From NCBI RefSeq assembly GCF_022539665.2, contig NC_081331.1, positions 992,001 through 1,056,000 of the forward strand: a DNA stretch of 64,000 nucleotides. The letters run 5' to 3'. Origin of the DNA: Daphnia carinata (lineage: Eukaryota). Position 1 is the stretch's first letter. Each line of letters opens with the position of its first letter. A program made the position numbers and the translations under genes. This document shows, one piece after another, positions 15,001-26,901 of this stretch. A model generated the notes under the pieces. The model searched no databases and had not been told where the DNA came from. It saw only the letters and a program-made list of their open reading frames with translations.

Positions 15001-16418
15001 ACCGTTTTCATGTCATTGAAAAGTGGAGCTAACGCGTTGGATAGCGATTCTATGATGTATGGAGCTGTGTTTGTTACGGGAACGGACAACGGTTTGATAT
15101 CGACATCGGAGATTTTGTTGGCTAATTTCGTAATGGTTGACTGGAAGGTCGGTTTGGTTAACGGTAATTTATCTCTCCAGCCAGAAAGTAAGGATCGGTC
15201 GAGCGTGGCAGACGAAGACGGAAGAGTGGGGGATCGGTCGGGCCGGTCGGAAATGCGGATCAAAATGCGGTTTTCTAGCAAAAGAAATATCTCGTTGTGG
15301 AAAATAGCTGCATGCCGGAGGCTTTTGGGATTGAAACGACTAGAACAAAGGACGGACACTTGTCCCGATTCGTCCCCCATTCGACCGGTATCTAAAATGA
15401 AAAGGCTAGTGGGGCTGTGAGTTAAAACAAAGCCATTGCTTAGGCAATAAACGGGTCCGAAGTGGGGGTCTTCTACGTTGCGATATTCTTCGTGAATGGA
15501 TAATAAAATTAGTTTGGAACGTGGCTTTGAAAGGGATTCCTTGAATATCAAAGTCTGGCGGACGGACCCTTGACAATCGGAGAGCCAAAGGCGAGTTCCT
15601 GGGCGGGCGCTGTAGATAACCGTTTCATTTCCAAAATAGCCAAAATCAGCTCCAAATGGCGCTGGATTTTTACGATCTTGTAGACCCACTTGATTTTGTT
15701 TCGTGTCGTGGGCAACAATCTCTGCAACCAACGTTCTTTTCATAGAAGAAACTAGTACAATGTTGTTTTCTAGTGGGTGAAATCGGAGTTGGACAATAGC
15801 TGATGGTTCAAGCAGAACTTGTTTGATTGGACAAATGATGTTGTGCTCAAATTTGCTAAGAAAAACTCTCCCTTCTTCATCACCAGATAATAGCTGAATT
15901 CCACTTCCATCCCAACAGAGCGTAGTAACAGAAGACTTATGTTCACCACTAAACATTGTTATCTGCATTACATAATTGCAAATTTAAAAAATGACTCCAA
16001 GCAACATACAAAGTATGATACTTACAGGGCTTGACTGCACAGCATTTGTGGAAAATATGGCAACTGTTCCTGCAAGATTGCCAGCCGCCAGGATTTCTCC
16101 ATATTGACAAAGGGTAATAGCTAAGGCTGTAATAGGTATGAATTTGTCATCAACACTTCTTCTGCTCACACTATGATTGCTGCGACCGAACCAAAACAGA
16201 ACTCCAGCATTCGAACCCAATACTATTGAATCACAACTTATGGTGACACAGGTCAGAATAAGTTCTTTAGACACAAATCCTTGGTGAAACCTCGGAGGAA
16301 TCTTTTCAATTACGTGAGAAAGAGGGGCCCATTCTCTATAAACGGGGTGGTCAGTCGGTCCATTTTTATGTTGATTTTGCGATGCACGTTGTGTAATACC
16401 GACGATTGTTCCGCTCAT
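12094..16418 (-). CDS. TECPR2: Tectonin beta-propeller repeat-containing protein 2 homolog (N-terminal WD40, C-terminal TECPR repeats, terminal LIR)
   Basis: N-terminus REWAPLSHVIEKIP...SIVLGSNAG and WD40 blocks (HKSSVTTLCWD, IYSARPGTRLW) resemble TECPR2/HPS5. TECPR-type repeats (WA..G.IYFR.G, P.G..W) fill the C-terminal exons. The protein ends LDEDWVLL*. Frame-consistent GT-AG introns. Confidence 0.85.
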
Positions 16419-17181
16419 GCTGTCGTCTTCGGAGTGAACGGCCTAAAACCAGCACTTGTGAAGTTCAGTAATCTTGAAATCTGTTTTCAGCCAGTCAATT
16501 TTTAGCACAGATAAATCTTTCCGTGCCAACCTTTATGAGTCATTTCTAGATAGTGGTTCTTTTTACACTACGTAGTATATCTATGTAAACACCTGTCAAA
16601 AGAAAAAGTAGTCTGCTAGACTAGTTACAGTTTTTGACGTCGAAATCGTAATCGACTTGTGTGCTAACGCTTGAAACAAAAGTTTCAAATGCAAATCTAG
16701 CGAAAATTTTTCATTTCAATTTTACTTGAGTTGTTCTTAACGTTGTTATCAAATTGCTGTCGTGTAAATATGGGCATGTGTACTTGATCAAGAATTCCGC
16801 ATGTTCAGTGAACTTTTAAAAGGAAAAAACGTTGGAAATGCGAAGTGTTCATTGTTTCGAGCCAGAGTGAGAACGGCTTGATGGATGGCATTAATTAATG
16901 AAGCAACAAAAACAGTTTCCTGATAAATGGAAGAACATGTTAAGGCAGGAAAGCTTAAAAAAGAAAGATAAAGAAGTGGGCGGTGCATATACGACGACGA
17001 AGAAGGGGTCCGTACGTTGTATATGCAGTGCAGTTGGGTTTTATTTTTTATGTGCGAGCGGATCGCACATGCTCGATGACCCAGACAAAAGCTGCTGCTG
17101 GCTGCTGAGGGGTTTCAACTTGAAAAATGAGAAGGGGGTGGGGGTTGAAACTTCCTCTTTTTTTTTCTCGTTCCCCTGGAA

Positions 17182-17348
17182 TATAAGCAGTACCACTAGT
17201 GACTTCGATCCGATCTAGTCGACACTCTTGTTGACTCTCGGTTTGAAAACTTTGATTTTTCTCCCCCACACACAAAAGGTAAAACAAAAACCTACGTTGA
17301 AAATTGTTTTTGACCTACACTATTGAAATTTTATTGAACCGGTTTTAG
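17182..17348 (+). promoter_or_regulatory. TATA-like box, short non-coding first exon and 5'UTR intron of the 17358 gene
   Basis: TATAAG at ~17182, Inr-like TCTAGTC ~30 nt downstream, donor AG|GTAAAA at 17279, acceptor TTTTAG at 17348, 9 nt before the ATG. Confidence 0.5.
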
Positions 17349-17357
17349 TTGCGCATA

Positions 17358-17798
17358 ATGGAACAGAACTATTTCATCGACGATCCCCTGGTTGCTTACA
17401 AGGCTAACTTAGCCCAAGTTCTACATTGTTTACTCTGGACGGATGAGGGGGAGGAGAACAGAAGAGGAAACGATTCCGGTGAGTTGTTGGCTTCCACCCT
17501 GCGGCAGCATCTGCGCAAACAACTGGCTTTCACCGAATACGTCCAACTACAAACATCTGCCCGGCTCGTGTCCGTTGACATCCGTGATAATGGCAACAAC
17601 TTGCCTGCCATTACGACTAACACAGCAATCCAGCGCCAGATTGCCGCCGTGACTGATGATGATGACGACTTGATCCGACGTCGTACATTGCTGATGGAAT
17701 GCTTTCAGGGCGTCAATCTCCATTACTCGAGTTACACCCAACAACGTCTGACCCCTCCACCATCTCCTACACTCAGTCAAATTGGGCCTAGTCTTTGA
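17358..17798 (+). CDS. Small protein (146 aa) with a degenerate Orange-domain-like helix pair; no bHLH
   Basis: Single coding exon, GC-richer than its flanks. AYKANLAQVLHCL...LASTLRQHL aligns by eye to the Orange pattern G[FY]xxCxxEVxx[FY]L...LxxHL. C-terminal TPPPSP. Confidence 0.6.
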   Translation: MEQNYFIDDPLVAYKANLAQVLHCLLWTDEGEENRRGNDSGELLASTLRQHLRKQLAFTEYVQLQTSARLVSVDIRDNGNNLPAITTNTAIQRQIAAVTDDDDDLIRRRTLLMECFQGVNLHYSSYTQQRLTPPPSPTLSQIGPSL

Positions 17799-18286
17799 GT
17801 AACATTGTTCTAAAATTCACAAGGCGTATACGAGTGCAATTATTTACGTTTACTTTCATTATTTTGAATGTCATCGAGTACCCTAGTCGTTGTCTGCCAT
17901 CTTTGCCATTGTTCGAATTATCGATTTGGCAATGTTCCAATAACTCAGTTGAAACTGTTCAGTATTAAAATGATCCACAAAATGCACTAAAAAAAAGGGA
18001 AATAAAACACAAATGATTTGTATTGCCAGTTTGGAAGAAAGTAGGCTTTGAAAAATGACTAGAAAAGGCTGTCGGTCACAAAAGTTTTCGAAATTAGGTA
18101 ATTATAAGTGAAACGAAATTAAACGTTCGAAAATCATGAACAATTTTTTTTTTTTTTTCTGGTTTCTGTTTTCATTGTTAAAATTGCACTGGTCGTTGTC
18201 AGCGATGTATGACATTTCCGAAAAAGATCTGCAGATTTTTCCTGGAATCCATACACGTTGTGGAAGAGAGTCGACTATGATAGTGT

Positions 18287-18979
18287 TCACGGAATCACGT
18301 TGTTCGATGATGGGCCGGGATTACTAGCGACGTGAGATCGGCGGCTGTCCAGGTGTTGCTGCAATTGCTGGATAACTGGATGGTCGGCATTCAGTTTTTC
18401 CTCTTCCATGAGATAGCGGATAGCCTCTTTACTGCAATACTCGTAACCTGCCAAAGTGGCATCGCTCACATGACCAATCTCATCATCTTCCGATTCGTCT
18501 TCTTCGTCGGGACTGCCGCAATCGGATTCCGGTGGTGATGGAGGACGATGAAGCCGACTAGCCTCTTCACAAACGAATGGACGAACCAAAGCCACAGCTA
18601 AAGCCCCTGGTCCCTGCTGGTCACCTGGAGCTGCCTGATAAGCTGTTCGATGAGGGTTCGATCCGTGATCAGCTACCTCTGTCGTAGTTACAAGTGATCA
18701 TTTTTTTAAAACCACACGATGACATCTGCTATGGCCTGGTATTTATAGAAAGCAGCAGACAGCTGCCCTTTTCGAGGAAATCAAAACACTTACCTAAAAG
18801 AGATCGAACTCGTCGTGTGTCTTGCTGACGAGAACTTTCATCTCCTTCCTTTCGTCAGGTTATTTTGAAAGAAGAAGACATGAAATAAGGTTAACGTGTT
18901 ATTATTACTGAAATGAAAACGATTGTATATTTACAGACAAATGACGTTTGCGGCTTTCCATTGTTGATGCGTTATCCAT
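18287..18979 (-). CDS. Orange-domain protein lacking a bHLH (~165 aa, 3 exons)
   Basis: Exons 18979-18935, ~18848-18794 and ~18678-18287 join in frame via GT-AG introns: MDNASTMESRKRHLS|EGDESSRQQDTRRVRSLL|EVADH...AGYEYCSKEAIRYLMEEEKLNADHPVIQQLQQHL.... The C-terminal part is a good Hey/cwo-type Orange domain. Confidence 0.75.
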
Positions 18980-19164
18980 GCTGACTTGAAAGTCTGTCGC
19001 CAGCGAGTTCCGAGCGTCGTTTGACCACACGATTCAAAGTTATAGACGGTCTATATGTCCAGTGAGAAATGGAGACAAGTCAAATTGGGGGGGGGGGGGG
19101 GGGGGCTATGGAGCGCAGTGCAGTATCGCAGGGCACAATCACATGATTCGTTTAAAGATGGGCA

Positions 19165-20362
19165 TCACGTACGTATACTATTGCCCGAACTTCCGGTAGT
19201 TCTATAGCACAATATCACTTGCTACACGCGCGCTGCAGAGTTTCACCCAACAATCAATTCAATTCATTAATGGTGAAACTTTTGTTTTACAGTAATCCTT
19301 GATAATATTTCACGGGAGACACGGAGTTTCAGTTCTGGTTGGGATCGAACAACATAAGCTACTGGTTCTTTGGCTGTTGTTGAAGTAAGGGAAATCGTTT
19401 GAATTGCTCCCCGAAAAAAAGGCAAAAAGAAAAAAACAGATGGAGGGAGTCGAAGGGGGCCAAAGAGGATGGGGCAGACGGCAGGTGTCTCGTGCTAGAG
19501 GGGAGGCCGCAACTCCCTCTTGGTATATAATCTCTTCTTTCCCCCCTCCATCCACCCACTATACTACACTTCAACCTACACCGTTCTGGAGAGAAAAAAG
19601 AAAGGAGCCCTTCCTTTCTGATGGTTGGGATCTTTATTCATCGACACGAGCTACGTTATCGATTCGCTCACGATCTTCTCATTCCAACCATAAACTTTGA
19701 TGTCCTTAAAAGTGTTGTGAGTTTTCTGTGCAAAGTTCTTTCCAGAGTACCAGGAATGATCTTCCAACTGTTGAACGCCCCTTTCAAAAGTTCGCTGTGG
19801 TGGGCTGCGTTGGATAACGAGTCTGAATTGGACTTTACAATAAGCCAGTAACTTCCACGCAAACAACGCAAGTCAAACTTTAGAACACGAATTGGCCTCC
19901 ACTCAAAGTTACACTATGGTACCATAAGCGTTTTGTAGGACTTTTGCTTTGTTTTCGAATGGTACACTATGTCTCATACAGTACCTCCGACACGAGTGTA
20001 TGTTTATGTTTATGTGTGTAAGTGTAGTTCCATATAAATATCCTTCCGTCCATCTGATGAGCCATAATGAGGGCCGGCTGGTTTTGCCAGTAAAGGGCCA
20101 CAGTCCCTTTCGGTCTTGCGAGAGCAACCAAGCTTGCAGGTTCGGAGCAGCTGCCACTGACAATTGTTCCGTGAGCAGAAAGGGCAGGCAGCAAGCTAAA
20201 AGAGAGAAAAAAAAAAAGGGGGGTAGGGCTTCATAGTAAAAACGAAGGGGGCAGAGGCATTCCACTGTGGCAGCAGCTGCCGGCCACGCGTTGCATTTGA
20301 TTGGAGGGTAGAGGGGCGGAAAATGGACGAGAAAGAGAAAAGACCCAAAAATAACAATAAAC

Positions 20363-20396
<34 letters not shown>

Positions 20397-20536
20397 CCAG
20401 TGGCATTGAGGAGGGGTCAAGTCGAACCTCCTACGCTAGTCTACTATGTACCGTTTTGATATTTAGATGCACTGTATATCCCTTAAACCCTAAAGACCAC
20501 TCCAGCGTTCGTGCATATACATCAAAGCAGCACGCG
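19165..20536. promoter_or_regulatory. Cluster of Hes-type (CACGCG/CACGAG) and proneural-type (GCAGSTG) bHLH sites upstream of the Orange gene
   Basis: CACGCG at 19225, 20285 and 20531; CACGAG at 19645 and 19991; CTCGTG at 19489; GCAGGTG at 19481; GCAGCTG at 20147 and 20273. Confidence 0.35.
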
Positions 20537-22949
20537 GGCTGCACGGCTCAGCGCGCATCCAAAGTCTTCGTGCGGTCGAGCGAATTGTAGCCGGCGACAC
20601 GCCGCCCAAAAAAAAAGAAACAAATGAACTCTATGTTTGAGTGTGTCTATTTTTTTTTTTTTTTTTTTTTTTTACTTTCAATGCTTCATTTTTGTTTCTT
20701 TTTATGGTTTCAACGAAAATTCTGGTGAACAAGAACCGTGAATTTAATGTTATGGTGTGCCATCGTCAAAAGACCTTGGCTTGCCATTAAAATACCACCA
20801 TGGACCATTTGTCTTTATTCAACAGCCGTGAAGTTTTATCTGCGTTTTCATTTTTCTTTTTTCTTAATCCAACAAAAGGAAATAAATAATTTGACGAAAG
20901 GCGACTGACCGGATCGATGGCATTGATTAAAATGCCATAAACTTAATCGTACCGATAGATTTTCTCAATGATATATTGATTATCGTAGAAATATTACGTC
21001 ATAAAACGACCTTTCCTTTTAAAAGGGGAAAAAGAAAATAAGTGGGTAAGATAACAAGGTAAAATGCTGTACCTAATAAAATGGAGATGGGCTTATACTT
21101 GGCAGCCATTTTGCAGCCACGGGAGGTATAACAAGGATATCCAATTACCCATCATACCAGCTCTAGCTTATATAGATAAATGTGGCGGTCGGTATACAGT
21201 CAAACAGAGATGTATATATAGTGATGGACGTGAGCAGTGGTAAGTAGGCTGGCTTGATTGAGGTAACGAACAAAACTGAGCCAAAGGATAAAAATATAGC
21301 GTTAGTGCTGGCGGTACTTTATTCGAACAAACAATAATCATAGACCTGTAGACTATTAGAGGAATTAAGGTCAATGACGTTATGCGCTTGTGTACAAAGA
21401 AAATGATGTTTAGACTGTAGAGTTTATTCTTTGCAATTTTTAAACAGTTTGGACTTTATAGTGCATCGGTATACAGTACACGAAAGAAACACGTAATTGG
21501 ATGGGATGACAGAGAGCTCGATTGCATGAATAAAAGGAGTCGATGGACCCTGTCGGCTGTTCTTGAATGTCCTGGACACAATGGAACATAACAACCTAGA
21601 AAGAGAAATAGAGACAAATTAAAGTTTGTGCGGGAAAGAGATCGAGGAAACGGGCGAAAGAGGAATCGGGATCGGTTGGATTTCCATAGGGACTTTTAGG
21701 GGGGAAAGGAAATGGAGCGAAAGAGATCTATTGTTATTTAGACTGATGTCATTCCCTATGTATAGTGAAATATTGATCGGCTAAATACGAAGGTTCCAAC
21801 AGAGAACATCAGCTGTGTAATTAAAGGAGACCAACGTAATTATACGGCTCCCTCATCACGGAGCGGAGAATAATTTCTCTATTCAACGGTGAAGTAGACA
21901 ATATCACGCCTCTCCTTTATGCAGATCCGAGTACCTTCTGCTAACGTCTTTGTGCGCATTTACCTAATTTCTTTTTCTTTATTCCGTCATGCCAAGACTT
22001 TGAAAGGTCAGCAATCAATACGAAAGTAGCCAAACATGGAAATGAAATTCACGCTGCGCTAATGTTAGTCTAAATACACATCGAATGCTGCGTCATTAAT
22101 GGGAACTATTCAGGCAAGATTTCGATGCTGCTCGTCTGTTTCTGTTATAATAGATTCTACTTGTTAGATGCCAATATAGCACTCTATAGGATTTTTACCT
22201 TTTAACAATCCAATTGCAGCAATGGAAATGAGGGTAGATGAAATAAGCCAAGTGCGAGGAACGAGTCACTATAGGTCGGGCTCTTTAATCATCATGCCAG
22301 GTTCGAAGAACTTTTTGCTAGGCAACAATCGAGTCACCTTCTTAATGAGGTCTTCTGCCTTTTAACCTTATTCAGTTCGTAGATAGAATTTTATTTAAAA
22401 GGATTTATATCTTCTGATGAAGTAGAGAACCGAAGGCGGAACGTTTACGACACTCTTGTTTATGTCGTTGATTTCGCATCTATCGACCTGATACGAGTTG
22501 AATTAAAAATTAACGAGATTCGACGTAGTTTGTTCATGATCAACGGCAGAATTAAGTGTCACTTATTCCCTTATTTCTGTCTTCCTTTCGGCTGCGCGTG
22601 AGAAATTTATGAGGGGGGACCACGTCGAGCGAGTAAATCATTCAGAACGCCACTGGTGCTGCGGCTCTAAATTTACAATAAGTCCCGCTAGTGCGACACA
22701 CTACGTGTTGCAGAGGAAAGTGAGACTCCAACGAGGAACACACAAAAAAAAATGCGTAGAGATAATCAAGAACAGGTTGAACAGACACGAACACAAGCCA
22801 CGAAAGCATGTGTTTTACATGGAAATTGGTTTCAATATTAAGTATAGTGAACTCTATAGGTCGTAGTAAAGTAGCTGTACTACTACCACTCCCGAAATGG
22901 ACGTAAAAAAACTATCGGGAGCGAAACCGAATACGTTTGGGCAGTTCGG

Positions 22950-23052
22950 GAAGTCAGGAAAAAAGTTTTAGAGAGCACGCACGATATCCTCTTATTTATC
23001 TAATGGATCTACAGTTATTCAATTCTTTTTAGCATTGATTCTTTTCGCTCAG
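22950..23052 (+). other. Probable non-coding 5'UTR exon of tomosyn
   Basis: Strong donor CAG|GTAAGT at 23052/23053 followed by a pyrimidine-rich intron. No ORF. Lies 1.35 kb upstream of the tomosyn ATG. The 5' boundary is approximate. Confidence 0.4.
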
Positions 23053-24407
23053 GTAAGTCTTCCTCCTTTCTTATTTGTCTTTTGTAGTCTTTTAGATGAT
23101 ATCGAATTCTTTTTTCTTCTTTCGTTGTTTTTGATAGGATTGTCTGTTTAAAAAAGAAACTTGAAGCACACCACCTAGCGACAATGGTTCACATCTTTTG
23201 CTTAAACTGTCATGCGCAAAGCAGACGAACAGGCCTTCTTCCGGAGACGTCCCACCCCCATTGCACACAACACACGGATGAATTCACATAGGACCGTAGT
23301 TGTCGTTTAGGAAAGATAGAAGAAGGGCGTCGTGTCTATTTTGCGTGATCAGAGTGGTGACGCAGAGCTGAAGCTTCGTGCGAAAAGGTGTCGAGCTTCT
23401 CCTTATCTTATTGGACCAAGACTTAGCTCTCTTGCCACGAGGAATCGAGCAAGAAAAAGTAACCTACGATAAACCCTCACTGCACGAAAGCAGTGATGGC
23501 GAATATTGCTTACACTTGTGTTTTGGCTTCGTTCGAACAAACATTAACCAATGACTGTGTAGCTAGAAATCAACAGTAGATTTCTGCTCTACTGCCAGCT
23601 ACAGCTTCTCAGCTTGGACCCAGCGACCACATTCAGCCTGGCCCATTTCGCTTCCCCTCCCTGGGTGGTTTGTCCTATGTGAACTCTGGAGGGGGAAGTT
23701 CTTTTTCTTGCTCTGATTTTGGGCAGCTAACTTCCTGCTGTCAATACTTCATCCACGAATGCCCTGAACGGTTGCCTGTGTGTGTGTGTGTGTGTTTGCA
23801 TATTCGCAGCACTGCAGAACAAACATAGGGGCATCCCTCATTTCGTAAAGCTGGTTCAGCCACTGTGCAGGCCTTTTATCACGCACGGCAACTTCGAGTG
23901 AAAGTGAAAGTGTGGTTGTGGTCGGGGCCGTTCATCCTTACTGTAATTTCACTCTTTTTATTGTGGGGTATTTTACTGTTGTCGACGACCAGTGCTGTCA
24001 TTCGTCTTGCTATCGTGGCAGCAGCAAAAGGAGGAAAAATAGAAGGAGGGAAAGGTTTATCAACACTTCGGTTTTCCGTTTGCGGTTTCTTGAGAATCGG
24101 CGTGAAAAGATTTCATCCAAGAAAACGGCAACCAACCAAAGCTTTAAGCCCAGCCGTCAAGTATCCGCACGGATCCAACAAAGTCTACACTGCCCAGAGA
24201 TTCCGCAATACGAAACTGGTCCTGAAAACAGGAAAAAGAATTGGACGAGAAGAAAAAAGAAAAGAAAAGAACGAACGGGTGGGGAAAACACACACACAAA
24301 AGAGGAAGCAAAGAGACGTCGAAATCAGTCGAGGCGGATTGGATCGACCAAATCTGCGGTCATCCAAATCGCGCGTCAGCTGGATGTTTTTCCAACACGG
24401 CGCCGCC

Positions 24408-26863
24408 ATGAAGAGGTTTACCTTCAAAGGAGTACTGGACAACTTCCGGCAGTCCGTCAGCCAGCCGACCAAATCCGAGCAGCCCGAACTGGTCGAAACT
24501 CTGAAAACGGAACACTGTCAACTAGCCAGGGTGAGTTGTGTGTCTTCAAAAAAAATCTTTTATCTCTTGCACATTTTTTAATATTTTAAATCACTTTCAC
24601 TCAAGCCTTTGTCGCTGTCGTTATTTGTTACTGTCATTGCCAACTCGCCTGTCACCCGGAAGCAGGATTTTTTTTTTTTTTTTTTTTTTTTTTCATTTTC
24701 TATTTCTCCTCATAACGTTACGATCCCTCCTGTTCTGGCCACGGAAAACTTCGCTTCAAAGTTTGGCTTTTTTTCAAAAAGAAGTAAGGAACGATCGACT
24801 TGAACCATGATTGAAACGATTCATCCAGGCCAAGCTTGACGGCCCATCTCTTTCTCTGTCTAGCTCCTTCGATCTGATGCCGTTTTTTCTTTTTTTGTTT
24901 TTTTTTTTTCTTCTCTTCGGCCCATCCCAAGTGTGAGATCAGTTGGCGCCGGAAGGCTGAATAATCGATGAAAGACTAGCCGTGGAGAAAGTCAAGTCAC
25001 ATCCCTCTCCATAAAGTAGAAAAAAAAAAAAAGATTTCTCATGTCCGTTTCTATCTTCATCTCGCACTCATTCGTTCGTACAATTTTTCTCTTTTCCCCC
25101 TCATTTTTCTTTTGTTTGGTTGCCTTCACGTAGAAATTAGCCCGTTCTTTCCGGTTCCTTTTTGTGTGTGTGTGTGTTCTCCGTTCACCACAATTTGGCG
25201 CAGGATTTAGACGAAAACAAACGAATCAATTTTTTTTTTGTTGTTGTTGGTTTCATGCACGTCAAAAAGCTGTCGATCCGAGGGATTTTTTTACGCGCAA
25301 CTTATCCGCAGAGTTTAAGCGGCGTAGTGCGGGAGGGGATTCCCTCGCCCGTCGCACAATCGGAAATTACCAGCAAACGCTTCCTTGGTCCGCTCGCATT
25401 TTTATTCAGCACGCCATCGCGTGATGCCACAAACGAAGGATCATGGCGACTCTGCCGCAAGTCTTGCAATCGATTTGCTTTTAAAAAAAATCAATTGTTC
25501 AACTTTGGCTTAATGACAGTTGGCGGATTAAACGTTTCTCATTTGAAATCCAGAGGACTTAACTGAAAAGGGAAGGTTTAAGGTGGTCGGTGGTTCAAAA
25601 CCAAAACAAGGAAATGTTTGCTGGATGGAAAATGGTTCGAGGCAAGGAATCGATTGAATCATCCGGTTGTTTGACGAGTGGCAGAAAGAGGGTGGGAGCG
25701 TCGGGAATTCAAGGAGGGCGGTTCGGAACGGTAGTCGACGTAACCAATTGACGGCAGTCAGGTCAATTGCTTTTGTTTGTTTTTATACAATCAATTGGAA
25801 AAGGTTAAGAGCTTTTGGCGGCTGGGAAAATGTCCGTGCAACAAATCAAGTTGTTTCCACATTTTTTTAAATGTCGTGTTTGACCTCATTTTTCATTTTT
25901 TTTTTTTGTTTTAAAGCGGAAATGAGAATCGTATCCGGTCTACATAATTCTCTCAAGTCATTTTCGCTATACACGAAGGGAGAAAGTCGTTGAAAACTGG
26001 TCGTACTTCTTGTTTAGGCCCTCCAAAACCGCGCAGTGTAACTTATAGGATCGAAGTCAATAAGAAAAAGCTTTCGGCCGGCCCTTGTTCGGCGATTTTC
26101 GCTTCGAAAATGTAGTCGATCGACGCCATAAATCCCTAACACGTCAACAGATATCGTTGGACTTGCTCGAAATGGGCGCAAAAAGAAAACCTTTTGAAAC
26201 AATGGCAGAATAAAATGGATCTCAGTTTCAATTATAGCAAAATAAGCGACGTGTTTTAAATAATGGGGACTGACGTTGTACGTGTCGGAACGTACTGGCG
26301 TCTGAGTTGATCGTGCTTTTTCTTCTTTTTGTTTGTGAAAAATGAAAACATTTCTGTATCTACTAACGGTGTCTAACGATGCACGATGAAGGTACACACA
26401 CACACACACACAGAAATGGAAGAAGAAAAAAAAAAAACGAAAGAAACCTAGGCGATGGTCTTCTTTTCATCCCGCAGGCTTTTTTTTATTCCCGAATCAT
26501 AACCTTCCGTACTTCTTCTCCTCCGCCTGCCAGCGATCCTTATTGATTTCTGCGCGTTCACCATGTCACATGCGCTTGTTGGGCGTTCTCTATGGTGTTG
26601 TTGTTGACAATGTTTCTTATTTGTTTTTCTTTTTTCCTTTTTCTTTTTCTCCTCCTTTACACACACTCACATATATACATCTCTTGTCTAATTTATGGTG
26701 TATACAAACATTATTCGCAGACGGCCCGTCATGGCTTCCCGCATCAACCAACCGCCTTGGCTTACGATCCTATTCAACGGCTGGTGGCTATTGGAACCAA
26801 ATCCGGCGCTATTCGAATGTAAGTCTTTGTTCATTTTATTTATTGTTCATTGGTCACCAACTG

Positions 26864-26901
<38 letters not shown>

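Noticed and set aside
14899..15420. 173-aa plus-strand ORF
   Set aside because: Antisense shadow of the large TECPR2 exon; no independent signals.
20054..22470. CTGATGA motifs (20054, 22414) as hammerhead ribozyme cores
   Set aside because: No correctly placed stem II followed by GAAA, and no flanking stems could be formed.
19310..22866. Short ORFs in the intergenic region between the Orange gene and tomosyn
   Set aside because: No recognisable domain, low complexity, and no consistent exon chain found.
23865..24407. Long upstream extensions of the ORFs 23865-24581 and 23912-24589
   Set aside because: They have non-ATG starts and purine-rich UTR-like sequence. Tomosyn homology begins at the GCCGCCATG at 24408.
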